From contig JBLDXI010000002.1 in NCBI GenBank assembly GCA_047495785.1, forward strand, positions 2,604,001-2,668,000: a stretch of 64,000 bases of DNA, written 5' to 3'. The position numbers and the translations under genes are program-made. Positions 10,793-22,500 of this stretch are shown in pieces. The notes beneath the pieces are model-generated. The model did not search any database and had not been told where the DNA came from. It saw nothing but the letters and a program-made list of their open reading frames with translations. This DNA is from Lepidodermella squamata (lineage: Eukaryota > Animalia > Gastrotricha). Every line of letters starts with the position of its first letter. Position 1 is the first letter of the stretch.

Positions 10793-13700
10793 TATGAAAA
10801 TGATTTTGGCACTTTGTTTCATTCTTGCTCTTACAGTTGAACTGCAGTCATCGCAGAGCATCCGGGAGGTAGAAGCTTGCCACAAAGTCGTGACATCTTG
10901 ATCCATTTGATGCGGTTTGAGCTGGCTTTGGATGGCCGAGATGATAATACGCAACAGTCGCTGGGCAATAGTTCGAGAATCGCCGACTACAGGTTCCTGT
11001 CCCCGGTTTATACCCGCCTCGACAACTCAGCTCAGGCCCATGTGCAGTACTACCGCGTTTTGCCACACGGGAACCACCCAGCCCCTCACGAAACCGGGGG
11101 TCGGACTTTTTCATTCTGGTTTAATGTCGAAGAACAGCCGCTCATCGTATCCAAACCGTTGAGCATAATGACAGCAGGCTATTGGGACGTTCATCTGGAC
11201 TTTTTAATGAGACCGGGTGGAGCCACGCTGGTTTTGGGCAGTGAGGGGTTCTCGAAACAAAATGTAAAAATCGGCAATTGGAATTTTCTAGCAATCACCC
11301 TGAAGGAATCTGGAGCAGTGTTTGCTTATCAAGGTGACAGCACTGGTAAGCTTCATTTGAATGTATTTCGAGATGGAGGATTGCCTAAAAAACTTCATTC
11401 GATTGAGTTGGTTAAAAATGTGATCAACGTAACTTGCATTTCCATGTTCGACAAAGCATTGACAAGCTTCGATATTGCGATGTTGTTTAACATGTGTGAT
11501 CATCAACAAGAAATGAATCGCTGCCCCGAATTCTCACTGGCTAATGTTAGCTTGCATGATCGACGCATCGAATTCATACCCAGGGTTAGATACAACGAAG
11601 TATTCTACCGTTTTAGGGGAGATGAATATAATCCTTGGTACGAGGTTGAAAAAAGTGGCTGCGAGCTGATGATCTCACCCCCTGGACCTTACGGACTCAG
11701 TGCAACCTCATTTGGACATTGTTTTCTCGAGGTGATAAGTCAATCTAGAGGTGGAGTGAGCAGCAAATTGTTCTCACCAACAATCGCTGGGGCGATAGTT
11801 ATGGATAAAACTCAGTCTTTCACCTACACACTCTTTTATTTCTTTTCTGAAAAACACACTCACAGAGTTTTGTCGCTGAAATCTCGCGACGAACCTGAGA
11901 TGTCATTGGAGTTACATTACGACGGGAAAACGCGGAAGCTTCACTTCGTGCAAGTGAAGCAAGTTGAGATCGTGTTTCGCAAGCAGCAACCGTTTTACAG
12001 ATCTCTTGTTGTAATTGACGCCCCGGAACCTGGAAAATGGAATTTTCTTTCAATGACGTATGATTGGCTGACGGATACTTTAAAGTGTTACAAGGGAATC
12101 GAACCCAAATTCGACCCAGTGTTGATCCACTCTGGCAAAGTAGGCTCCCCAGTATGGGCGGAATGGATGGTCAATTCAAGTACCCCGTGGAATCCATCTA
12201 TTGGATTACGTGGATTACAAACCGCTTATTCCTGTGTTTTCAAATATGGCACAAACCTGGCACTTCAGGATATAAAGGCGATAATCAGAGAGTGCCGACG
12301 CAAGTTGGTTGGTGGGCTAAACATTGTGGTGACCGTCAATCGAACTTATGATGTAACGCTGAATCCGTTGCCCAGAGATTGTCAGGTAACGGTGACGCGA
12401 ACCAATTACATGGGATATTACATAAGCTTGCAATTATTAGGATACTACAGATTCGAAATTCGAGGGTAGTTTGTTCGCACTGTACGGCCACTTCACATTT
12501 CTCGAGGCCAACGATGCGTGTAAGTATTACGGTGGACACCTTGCCACGTCGATTGACAAAAGAAAAGATTTGATAGACTCCTTGCTAATCGATTCAAGTA
12601 AGTAAACAGTATATTTTTAATCAATTTTTTTACGATAAGTGGGTTTTCGCAAGAGTTTTATTGGATCGGTGGCTATCTGGATGGCCCGGGCGAAGTCCGT
12701 TGGCTTGACGGTACCTGTATCAAATCGGCCACCAGGCGTAAAACAAATCAGTCCCATACTGATTCTTTTTGTATCGCTATAAAAGCTGACAATCTATACG
12801 ATGCAAGCTGCCGAAAAGATACATTGAACGCTTTGTGCCAAAGAAGTGTTGTCAGCAACAACCTGGTGGAAACATCTTCAAGCTACAAATTATTTCAAGT
12901 GGAGGATCGCGGGAATGTCACAGAGAAAGATGGGAGAGCTATTTGCGAAGAGCAAGGGGCTCGGCTAGCGGCATTCAACTCTATCGAATCTCAATCCTTC
13001 GCGATCAAGGCAGCCGCATTGGATCTTTCAACGAAAGTCAACTTATCCCAGACTGATGGAGATTTCAAGTGCTTGTTCCACAAGTCCCTTCGACAGTTTC
13101 CGCCAGACGATCCAGACTGCTCAACTCAGCGAATGGTCTTATGTGAAATGTTGATGCTGGACACATCTTCAACGTCCAAAAATCTCGTCTTTTTGGACAC
13201 GAGTATCATCGGATTTATAATGTTCTTAGTACTAATGGCATTGCTTATAGGGATCCTGATTCAACAAAATGGCTGCCATAGAATATTCAAGAGGGAAGAC
13301 CCTAACTCAAAAAGAGATTAGATGGATATTGATTGTAGCCAGATTTCTATCAACAAAGACGTCAAATTAGGAAGCGGTGCTTATGGACATGTGTTTCTAG
13401 GCAACGTTTTGCTGAAGGGGAAGCTAAAAGACAGAATTTCGGGTCAAGTCGCTATCAAGGTGCTACCAGAATTCCCGACGGAAACTCAGAGAATGGCTTT
13501 CGTCAAAGAAATAGTCTTAATGAAGAAAATGATGGATGTCTGCGGGCACCATCCTAACATTCTAGCACTCCTTGCTTGCGTTCCGCCGTCTGAAAAGAAC
13601 GAGAAGAAAAAGACTATGGATATGGCAATAGTGACTGAACTTTGCCAATACGGCTCTCTAAAATTCTTCCTCCCCAGTTTCGATAGCGATCGTTCCAGGA

Positions 13701-14395
13701 TTCTAACAGTTTTCAAATCTCTATTTAATGACAGTGACGCGAACTACATCATTCCCATCCGTGGCAAAAAACTCGAAGGAGTAGTGCCACAAGTTGAGAA
13801 AGCTGCAGAACCTTGTCTGGTCGATGATGTGATCCTTTTGAGACTATTGCTTTTGTACGCACAGCAAATTTGCAGCGCGATGGAACATCTCGCTGCAAAC
13901 AGTTTTCTGCACCGCGACTTGGCAGCTCGTAATATTCTTGTTGCTGGCATAGATTGCGTAAAAGTTGCTGATTTTGGACTCAGTCGAGACGTATACAAAG
14001 ACGCGGCTTACCACCAAGAATCGAAAGACTTTGTTCCGATCAAATGGATGGCACCCGAATCTATTAAAACCGGCCATTGCTCGACAGCTAGCGATGTGTA
14101 AGTATTTTTCGAGACATCAAACAATAATTTAAAATTTTTATACAGTTGGTCTTTTGGGGTGCTATTATGGGAGATAATTTCGCTGGGCGACACCCCTTAC
14201 CCAACTATCAATAACTGCGATATCGCGATGGAATTAGAACGAGGTTTGCGACTGGAGCGAATCAACAACGAGTTCTGTACACCAGAGGTGTACTCAATCA
14301 TGTATTCCTGTTGGTCATATATTCCTGATGCCAGGCCAAGTTTCACCGATGTGTTATCACGAATACAGAGATTGCGCGTTACTAGATCTACCTGA
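10793..14395 (+). CDS. Receptor tyrosine kinase: signal peptide - 2x LamG/pentraxin-like - C-type lectin domain(s) - TM - Tyr kinase; has a 1-nt frameshift (~10884) and an in-frame TAG (13319-13321), so possibly a pseudogene allele
   Basis: Exons 10793-12385, 12441-12597, 12654-14097, 14146-14395. LamG-like motifs TFSFWF..GNWNFLAIT..FDKALT and FTYTLFY..GKWNFLSMTYD. CTLD: EANDACKYYGGHLA..YWIGG..RWLDG..CIAI..ASC..ALCQ. TM: IIGFIMFLVLMALLIGILI. Kinase: GSGAYG, VAIK, HRDLAARNIL, DFGLSRD, PIKWMAPE, SDVWSFG. Confidence 0.85.
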
Positions 14396-14722
14396 AAAAA
14401 TAATAGTGATAAAACCTATTTTTCAGGCCTAAATTTATTGAAATTAAAAGAATTCCCCAAATAAAATAACTTCGAAACACCTTTACTTTTTGGCTTGGTT
14501 TGAGACGGTAAAGAGTAAATAAAGCAGATGAATGACCTTGAATGACTGGTCCACAACTGGAACTTCGGCCAAGTTACACTTCAAGCTGGTGCGACCTAGA
14601 AAAATCGCGTGCCTCAGAGCTGGTGCCAATTCGAGGGAAAGTGGCCTCATAAAATTCGTGTTTTCTCTCATTATAGCAGACTAAGAACCTCTTTTGTTCG
14701 TCTAAAGACTCATTCTTGTTTT

Positions 14723-15592
14723 ATGGCAAATCAGCATGCTAGTAGCTTACATTTCCTAAGCGTTTTGACCGCTTTCACAATCTGGTCATATATCGCCGTT
14801 TGCTGCCAAGGTTTGATTCGGATGCAATTGTATTGAAGTATGGTTCAAGTTCTTATTAAACAGGGCTGATTTGCTATAATGCTTCAACGTTTGAAACGGC
14901 TTCATTCACTGATGAACCGCCCGTGGATGCAGATATCGAAAACGACTGCGACTTTTGCACGGTTTGATGATCGCTCTGAAAATTCCTGCATTTCCAATTG
15001 AATATTTAGAGAGTCCGGGTTGATTCTGGAAAATTGGTGACAATTGTTTGGAGCTGTGGGAAAAATTCCGCCAAGGCCAACACAGGATGCGCAAAAATTG
15101 CTACTCTCGCTGAGCAAAATGGTCAAACTCAGGTAAATTTTACTTTTCAATTTTAATTTATTTACACTTTGGAATTTTCAGACCCATTGCCAATGCTGCT
15201 CAGACCTATGCAACGGTCCATCTGGCTGTGAGCTAAGGGGTGGAATCTTCGGCGGTGTTAATCAACTATCACCACCTACAGACAGCGAGCCACGATCTGC
15301 CTCGTCGACTCATTCGCTCAGCCAACGCTGCATCACGGCTCTACGGGAAATTAATGCCGTTTGCAACTGGTTGATCAGCGACAAGGTTGCTTTCTCCCCG
15401 CACAAAGTTTTCAGCAAACGGCAAAGGGCGAAGCAAGTTGACCGAGTTCGCAAAAATCTCACAGAAACTGTGCCACTGGAAAGTGATCACAACTCAAATC
15501 GCTCCTCTCAGGTCTCATTTCCACCCCTTGGAACAGTGGCCAATAATTTCATATCGCAAGCTTTGCATTTGTTGAACAAATTTTTCCAATAA
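14723..15592 (+). CDS. Secreted Ly6/three-finger-like protein A (apparent +1 frameshift in G-run ~15237)
   Basis: Exons 14723-14810, 14864-14961, 15010-15132, 15182-end. Signal, LICY..CDFC..WSC..GC..CQCCSDLCN. The CX10C tail (RCITALREINAVC) lies in the shifted frame. Confidence 0.7.
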
Positions 15593-15758
15593 TTTTATAC
15601 GTTTTTCACTGCTTAATAAAAGTGTAGTTTGAATATTTTCGAGAGGTGTGTTCTTTGCGCCAAATGCCGGAAAAAGGATTGGCCCCGGAAGTTGTTTTTT
15701 TCGGTGCCATGTAGCGAAAAACAGCACTCTTATAGGCACGTCGTCAAATTCGAGAAAA

Positions 15759-16508
15759 ATGCGCCGAAAAATAATAGGCCATGAGATTATTCTTGAAATA
15801 CTCATCTCCTTTGTAATATTGTCTCCTATCGGTCGAATTGCAGGTAATTTCGAGGATTCGAAATACAAGTTATTATTCAACTCCTTTGATTAGCCCTCAG
15901 ATGCTACAACTCAAGTGCACTGAGTATATATACAAACTCGGATGAACCTGATAGTACAGCGTTCGTCGACAATTGCTGGTCGTGTACTGTAAGCCTATTA
16001 AAACCACCTTAAAATTTACCGCATTGATGACAGATCTTTACAGCGCACACGTAACGAATCTCCGCAACCTTTTCCGACAACTGAGTTGATTTGGCGTTGC
16101 GAAACCGGTCAGAAACAAGCTGCAAGAGCCGTTGGTGATATGGGTGATCCGTGTGTCAGATTTGTGAATTACATGGAGACATCCACTGGCAATAAACAGG
16201 TGAGTCATTTACTATGCCAAAAGAAGCATATTTTCAAGATTTGTCATCTAGAGTGTCTGTTCGTGTTGTACTGATTTATGCAATAAATCTGCAGGTGGGT
16301 TTTATTGCGATGACATTTCCGGAGAAATCCGTGATCTTTTTTACCGTGATTTCCAGGCTGTGGACTTGCTGGAGCTCTGGATTCAGTTGCGCCGAAGAAC
16401 GTGGGCGCGTCTGCATTCGCCTACACGGCTGCCGAACGAGCTGCGACAAAACAACGCTGCCAAGCAGCCGCCGATTCAATTCAAGTGTTGTGCCGATCAC
16501 TGCAATAA
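15759..16508 (+). CDS. Secreted Ly6/three-finger-like protein B
   Basis: Exons 15759-15843, 15894-15988, 16044-16199, 16252-16294, 16357-16508, all in frame. LRCY..CWSC..WRC..PC..CSCCTDLCN; tail RCQAAADSIQVLC. Confidence 0.8.
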
Positions 16509-17119
16509 TACCTATAATAAAGATTGAATAGTGCAGTTTTTATTTGAAACTTTGAATAAAATGTCTCGAATCAGGCCAAATTTGTGATTGAGTCTTTTTG
16601 AACCCTCCCACTTAAAAATTGAAAGAGACGATGCTGTAATGACGATCTCGATTGGGCAGATCAGCTAAAGCTTCGAAGCACCTTTATTTGCTAAAAAAAA
16701 AGTTCAGTATCGAGGCAGAAATCAGCCTAAAGGCTAATGGCTAAATAGCATTTTTAGCGGCATTTTGAAATTTTAAATTTCACGGAATAATGATGAAATA
16801 ACTTCGTAGTAATTTTGAATTTTTGAGTAATCCTTGGAATTGAGAATTTCGAAGTCACAAAAATTCCATCAAACTTCATGAGATTATTGCTTTATTTTCA
16901 ATAACGGCCGAAAAATCCGGGAAATTATTCAGAGGCTGACAAATTAAGTACGTTGCTCCTTCCACACTTGTTCCGTGCAATCAGTGCGAAATATTCGCGG
17001 CCGAAACTCTAGCTCGAGGAACTGAATGTCCCTAACCAATCCTCAGGGGCTCGCCCGGATTTCCAGGGCGTATTCTGCTAGCTACTTTCATTTATTTATT
17101 TTCCCCACTTTGGTGAAGT

Positions 17120-17926
17120 ATGCTGACTACTGCACTGCTCATCTCAGCAATCTTTCTGCCCTCGTGTTTGGCGGTCAGATGCTTCCAAGAAACAATGTAC
17201 GGATCTATGGCAACATTGCCCCATGACGCCGCTATGGAAAGCGACTGCAAGTTCTGTTCGGTATAGTATTGCAAAGTTTAAAATCCACCTTAATTTTTCA
17301 AACTAAATTCCTGTCAGATTACGAGATTCAGCATCCCGATGACTAACCCAAGCTTGCCTCCGTTCACGCGAACGGTGTGGGCATGTGAGCGGGGCCCGAG
17401 CAGTAACTTCATGATGAAATCCGGCGGTTGTTCCAGTATGCAGCAGACCCCAGCTCCTGCTCCGCCCAGGTGCAACAACAATAAGGAAGAGGAGCAATGC
17501 CTTGACGTTTGGTACGGCTTTCAATCACCCGATGGTTTGCCTCAAATGTCATGCACTTGTTGCTCAGATTGCTGCAATAGAAGTGAAGTTCAGCGTCGGA
17601 AAATTTCAATTTTAAGGCGTATATTTTCAGATGAAAGCTGCAGCCTTAATCTTAGCGAGCCGAAACCTGGAGATTGCAGCACCAATGGAAACCAAGGACC
17701 GCCCTCGCCTATGCCCATGCGACCAACAGCACGACCTCAAATGCCCACTCGGAACCCGAATTCGCAAGTCGCGGTTGTATTCATTCCGTTATCGCAATCG
17801 AGCGATCGATGCACTCAGGGCTTGAAAGAACTGTCTGAGGTGTGCGCTTCTCTGGTTTCAGGTGGATTGCCAGGAGGGCCGCCGTCGAATAATCAGATGA
17901 ACAATAACAACGGATGGGGAAAATAA
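17120..17926 (+). CDS. Secreted Ly6/three-finger-like protein C with Pro-rich linker
   Basis: Signal MLTTALLISAIFLPSCLA; VRCF..CKFC|..WAC..C..CTCCSDCCN; tail RCTQGLKELSEVC. Confidence 0.8.
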
Positions 17927-18006
17927 TCTCATGAGACATTACTATCCAGCTTATAAAATATTGATTCTCAAAAATTTCACCATGGCTGTCCGTTTTTTAG
18001 GGTCAA

Positions 18007-18642
18007 ATGTATACCTTAGTTTTTGCGGCTTTCGTTTTCCTGTCAGTGCCTGCCAGCAAATTTGAGGTCGAAGGTAATTCGAAATATTGTTAAGCCCAAT
18101 TACAACTGTTTTTTGTACTCAGCGGTATGCTGCTACAACATGACTGCCGACAGCGAAGATCTCCCGAGCGATGCTAAAACAGTAACTGGCTGCGCTTGCT
18201 GTGAGGTAAAACTTTGAATATTAAGGTGGATGAGCAATTTATTGGGTTTGATGTCATATAAAGCGTGTGAAAGCGACAATCGGCGACAGCGTTCAAATTC
18301 AAATGAATTGCCAACAAAACGTTGATAAGTGCATGAATGGCATCTATGTTGCGGAATCTAAGGAGAAGCAGGTACGCGATTTTAGATTAAATTTCAAAAT
18401 TGACGACTATTTTGTTGCGAAAGTTTCGCCAAGTAAAATGCACGTGTTGCGCTGATAACTGCAATGGAAAGGACGTGTATTGCGGATCTGACCCAATGGT
18501 GTACCTCAATGCCTACGGCGCGCTTAGCAACGCCCAGGTAACACCGCCGATGTTGCCGCCGCAGCAAAATCAGCCGGCAAATGTGGGTGATAAATGCGTT
18601 CAAACTTTGGCCAACTTCGCGAAATTGTGCTCCCAATCGTAA
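18007..18642 (+). CDS. Secreted Ly6/three-finger-like protein D
   Basis: Exons 18007-18073, 18123-18205, ~18264-18371, 18424-18642. VCCY..CACC..NC..KC..CTCCADNCN; tail KCVQTLANFAKLC. Confidence 0.8.
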
Positions 18643-18908
18643 TAATTGACTGAGCAACTTGAATCACATTTTGAACTGTACCTTGACTATGACGTTTCGA
18701 ATTCAAAATAAATTTGGTATTTTTCGTTATATTATGGTTGGATTGGCTTTATTTTCATCCTGATGATACTCGGTTCGCGCCAGGGGGCTGTTTACGCCCG
18801 TCGTAATGAGCACTTAAATGGTTACTTACAGCCAATCCTGCCCTATACTAACCGTTACCCTACTTCCAAGTGCGGAAGCTTGAATGGCTGCAGCGCCCTT
18901 GAAAAAGT

Positions 18909-19449
18909 ATGTTGATAGCCAGTTTTATTGCTCTGACAGTTTTGCTGACTGGTCAAGAGGCTGCTGCGATCAGATGCTTCGAGGGCAACAGTACAATTGA
19001 AGGTTCGACAATGGTTGGCGTGAAAATTCGAGACGATTGCATGGCTTGCGCGGTATAACCATGATTTTGAAGCTTTTACGATTAATTGAAGTTTTCTCAT
19101 TCAGAGAGGCCGATGGGATGCAAACAACAAAACTGTAAATCGACCGACTCCGTCTCATTTTACTGTTTGGCATTGCGAAATCGCGACGTCTAGCGGAGAT
19201 AGATGCATCAAGGCTTTCAACTGGGCCGAGCAATGGGGAGGACAGGTATTAAATTGACACCAATTTCTCACACCTGAAATGTAGTTTTGCTGGATTTTTC
19301 AGTGGTCCGTGTGCTACTGCTGCCGAGACCTGTGCAATGACGTGTCGCAATGCCATTTGCGGCCAATAGACCGGGCTCCAAGCGGTGACTTGAACCCCTG
19401 GACCGCCGCCTATCAAGTTCCTCTGGAAAACGCACAACCGAAGGTTTAA
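18909..19449 (+). CDS. Secreted Ly6/three-finger-like protein E (no CX10C tail)
   Basis: Exons 18909-19052, 19105-19244, 19303-19449. Signal MLIASFIALTVLLTGQEAAA; IRCF..CMAC|..WHC..RC..|CYCCRDLCN. Absent from the ORF track because every exon is <60 aa. Confidence 0.8.
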
Positions 19450-19557
19450 AAAATCCGACAGCAAAATACGTGCAAGAAGCTGCTGATTTATTTTCAATAT
19501 TTTTACGAAATCTGAGCAAAAGAATAAAATTAAAGAAATTTAGTCATAAGTCACAAT

Positions 19558-22500
19558 TTAACCGCGCCAGTTGCCGCGGAAACCCCCGCGAAATCCGCCC
19601 CGAGGTCCTCCTCGCATCGCACCTGGGTGGTAGGCAGGCTGGTTGAAGGGCGGCGGCTGACGTTGGCCCGGGAAAAACGGGGGCGGGTATCGACCCGCAG
19701 CGCCCGGCGGCATCGGGTAGCCAGCGCCTGGGGGAGGTCCGTAGCTCGGGGCTGGTTCTTGAGGCTGCCAGTAACGATTCGGCAACGGCTGGTTATTGCC
19801 AAAACCATACCCGCCCCGGCCACCCCGGTTGTTCTGATAGAACCCGCCGCGACCCCGTTTCGGCGGAATAGGCGGCTGGTTCATGAAAGGCGGTGGGTAG
19901 TAAGTAGGCCCTTCGTCCGGTCCCGATGACGCGACGCTCATTCGTTCATCCTTAGCCGCTGCCGCTTCGTTAAACTGCTGCGGCGGATCGAGTGGAGGCG
20001 GTTGTTGAGGTGGGTTGAACGGCAGCGAAACCGACCCAACCCCGGCTGTTTGAACGCGATGAAGCCGGTTGTCGAGGCATGACAGCTCGCGAATCACGTT
20101 CCGCAGCTGTTTTTCCATCTCAGGCAGGCCGAGTTCGGACGAGCCGAGCGATTCCGGTTCTGTTGTATACCGGACAATAAGAGATTCAACGGCTGGGCGG
20201 AGTGCGGCAATCGCAGCCGCTGTTTCGACCTCCATTTCAATTTGCAGCCAGTTGTCGAGCAAAACCGCGTTGTCATTCGGTAAAAACGAGACAGCATGGC
20301 ATGACGTAGACAGCAAATGAAGCGGAGAAATCATTGTCAACTGCTTGCACGCAATAACCTGAAAAAAACGCAAATTTTTCGATTTTAAGGAGGATTTTTC
20401 AAATTTTCACCTTTGTTCTCAATTTTTCTGTGAAGACAAAATACGGCGATGGGAATTGAAAATCGTTTGTTTTCAAGAAATTGACCGAAATTTTGTTCAT
20501 CAGTGCCGTTTTGCCATCGGTTATAAACACTTTCCTCTTCCCGCCATGGATGCAAACGTTCGGATATAGCCCAAGTGACAATAGAAAACAAACCTATAAA
20601 TAAACAAAAAATTAATCAACAATTTTTCAAAATTTAGCAAAAAATTACGATGTCGAGATTTGTGTCTTCGCCTTTGAAGTTGTAGAACGAGTTTGTGAAG
20701 CATTCCTCTGGAAATCCTGATGCGACCATAATATCGACTAGCTGATCACGCGAGTCCGATAGCATTCTCATCGTATTGTAATTCAGCTGTTTCGCCTGGC
20801 AATACTGGACTAGCACTTCTTCGTTATCTTCGCCACATCGCCGTTTCATATCGACAAACCCGCAGTAGGCGTTGAGAATCGCCAGATGATCAGAATGACG
20901 ACTACCGGCTAGATACCGCACGTAGTTAGGCAAATGCCGGCCCATTACTAGGTCCCAGGGTTCGGAATTCGAGCAGGCAGCCGCGATCAGGGCCACCGCA
21001 TCGCCGACGTAGAAAATCGCGCCGTAGACCATCATTTTCGCGAGGTGAGCATCGACCGGCAGCCTGGCCATCAGCCGGCCTAATGGGGTCAATTCATCGG
21101 TATTTCGATCGAGAGCGCGCATTTCCCGCAGCATTGCCTCGGCCTCGATTACGACATCAAGCGGCGGTGTTTGAATCGCTCGGCCTAAGAACGGGCCCAC
21201 AGCACCTAGTCTCAGTAATTTGATCGCCAGGACAAGTTCAGTCAACGGTGACCGCAGCATTTCGGGCACTGAGTGCTGCTCGAGGCGGTCGAATCTCGCC
21301 CGAGAGCACAGGTGGAAGCAGAAACCAGGCCGGGTGCGGCCGGCTCGACCCCGCCGTTGTTCTAGGTTGGTTTTCGAGGCCCACACCGTCGCGTACTGCA
21401 CCATGTTGTTGTGGGTGGTGACGAGGCGGACGCGGGCTTTGCAAGAATCGATGACGTAGACCACATCTTCGATGGTCACGCTGGTTTCAGCAATGTTCGT
21501 CGACAGGATTATTTTGCGCATTCCGTCCGGAACTGGGTCGAAAATGCGGTGCTGTTCTTGGCGCGGGATTGACGAGTGCAACGGTAGAATTAGGAATTTG
21601 TTCGTCCCGAATACTTGATGGTTTTGAAGGTAGCGTTGCAGGGCGAAAATCCAATTCCAACCAGGCAGGAAAACCAGAATTGAACCGTTTTCGCCTCCCA
21701 TGGTCAGAATGCAGTAGAGAATTTTCTGAAACCCAAATACAAAAATTAACTAAAAAATTAACATAGGATTTTTTATCAAATTTATTTTATTCCACTTAAT
21801 TATTGAGGAATTTGCAGAGGAGTTGCCTTCTTTCTCTCTGCTTGAAGATCGCTACTTCAACTTATTGATATTCACTGTACATCCCTGTATCCTGTGCGAC
21901 CTTCACTATGTGCGACCTTCAATGCGTTCTCACAATGAGCCCACTCGTCGACGAAACTCTAAAAATCGTTACTACCGTTCATCACAAGGCTTTTCAAGCT
22001 GCTAATCCCGAAACCTATCGTCAAAACTCGTGGCGAAGGCCAAGGAGATCCAAGCTAAGCTAGAGGCGAAACTAGGTTTGAAGCCGGAAGAGGCGTCAGT
22101 CATAGGTAAGAGTTGAACGGCAAATCACCCTCGAAATGACTCGCTTCGCCACAACCCATTGCATGTAAGAAGCACTCGACTCACCATCTACCTGCGATGA
22201 ATTATTTTTTCGCATAATCGAACCGAAATACAACATCAGCTCGCTAATGCCAGGGGTCGGCCCAATTCCGCATTTGAAGCAAAATTTTGGGTTAAGGTAA
22301 AAAACGTCGGAAAAGCGAGTATGAGGCCAAGACATCCGCTTAGATATCTTACGGACAGAAAATGCCAGGTGAAGTGGGCGTGCGATACAGCCACAGCGAG
22401 TTGGATATACTGAGGAACGCGAAGACTCCTTCTCGCAAGCCGGTGAATCCCATCAGTTTTCTTAAGGTGATTTGCTATATTAACCTTGAATTTCCATGAT

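Noticed and set aside
13319-13321. TAG as a splice acceptor or a reassigned codon
   Set aside because: The upstream sequence is purine-rich with no GT donor between TM and TAG, and TAG serves as a normal stop at 5320-5322 and 43109-43111.
19450-19520. Tail-like helix (YVQEAADLFSIFLRNL) for three-finger gene E in another frame
   Set aside because: It needs an unsupported frameshift, lacks both cysteines, and that frame runs on into DHX9 antisense.
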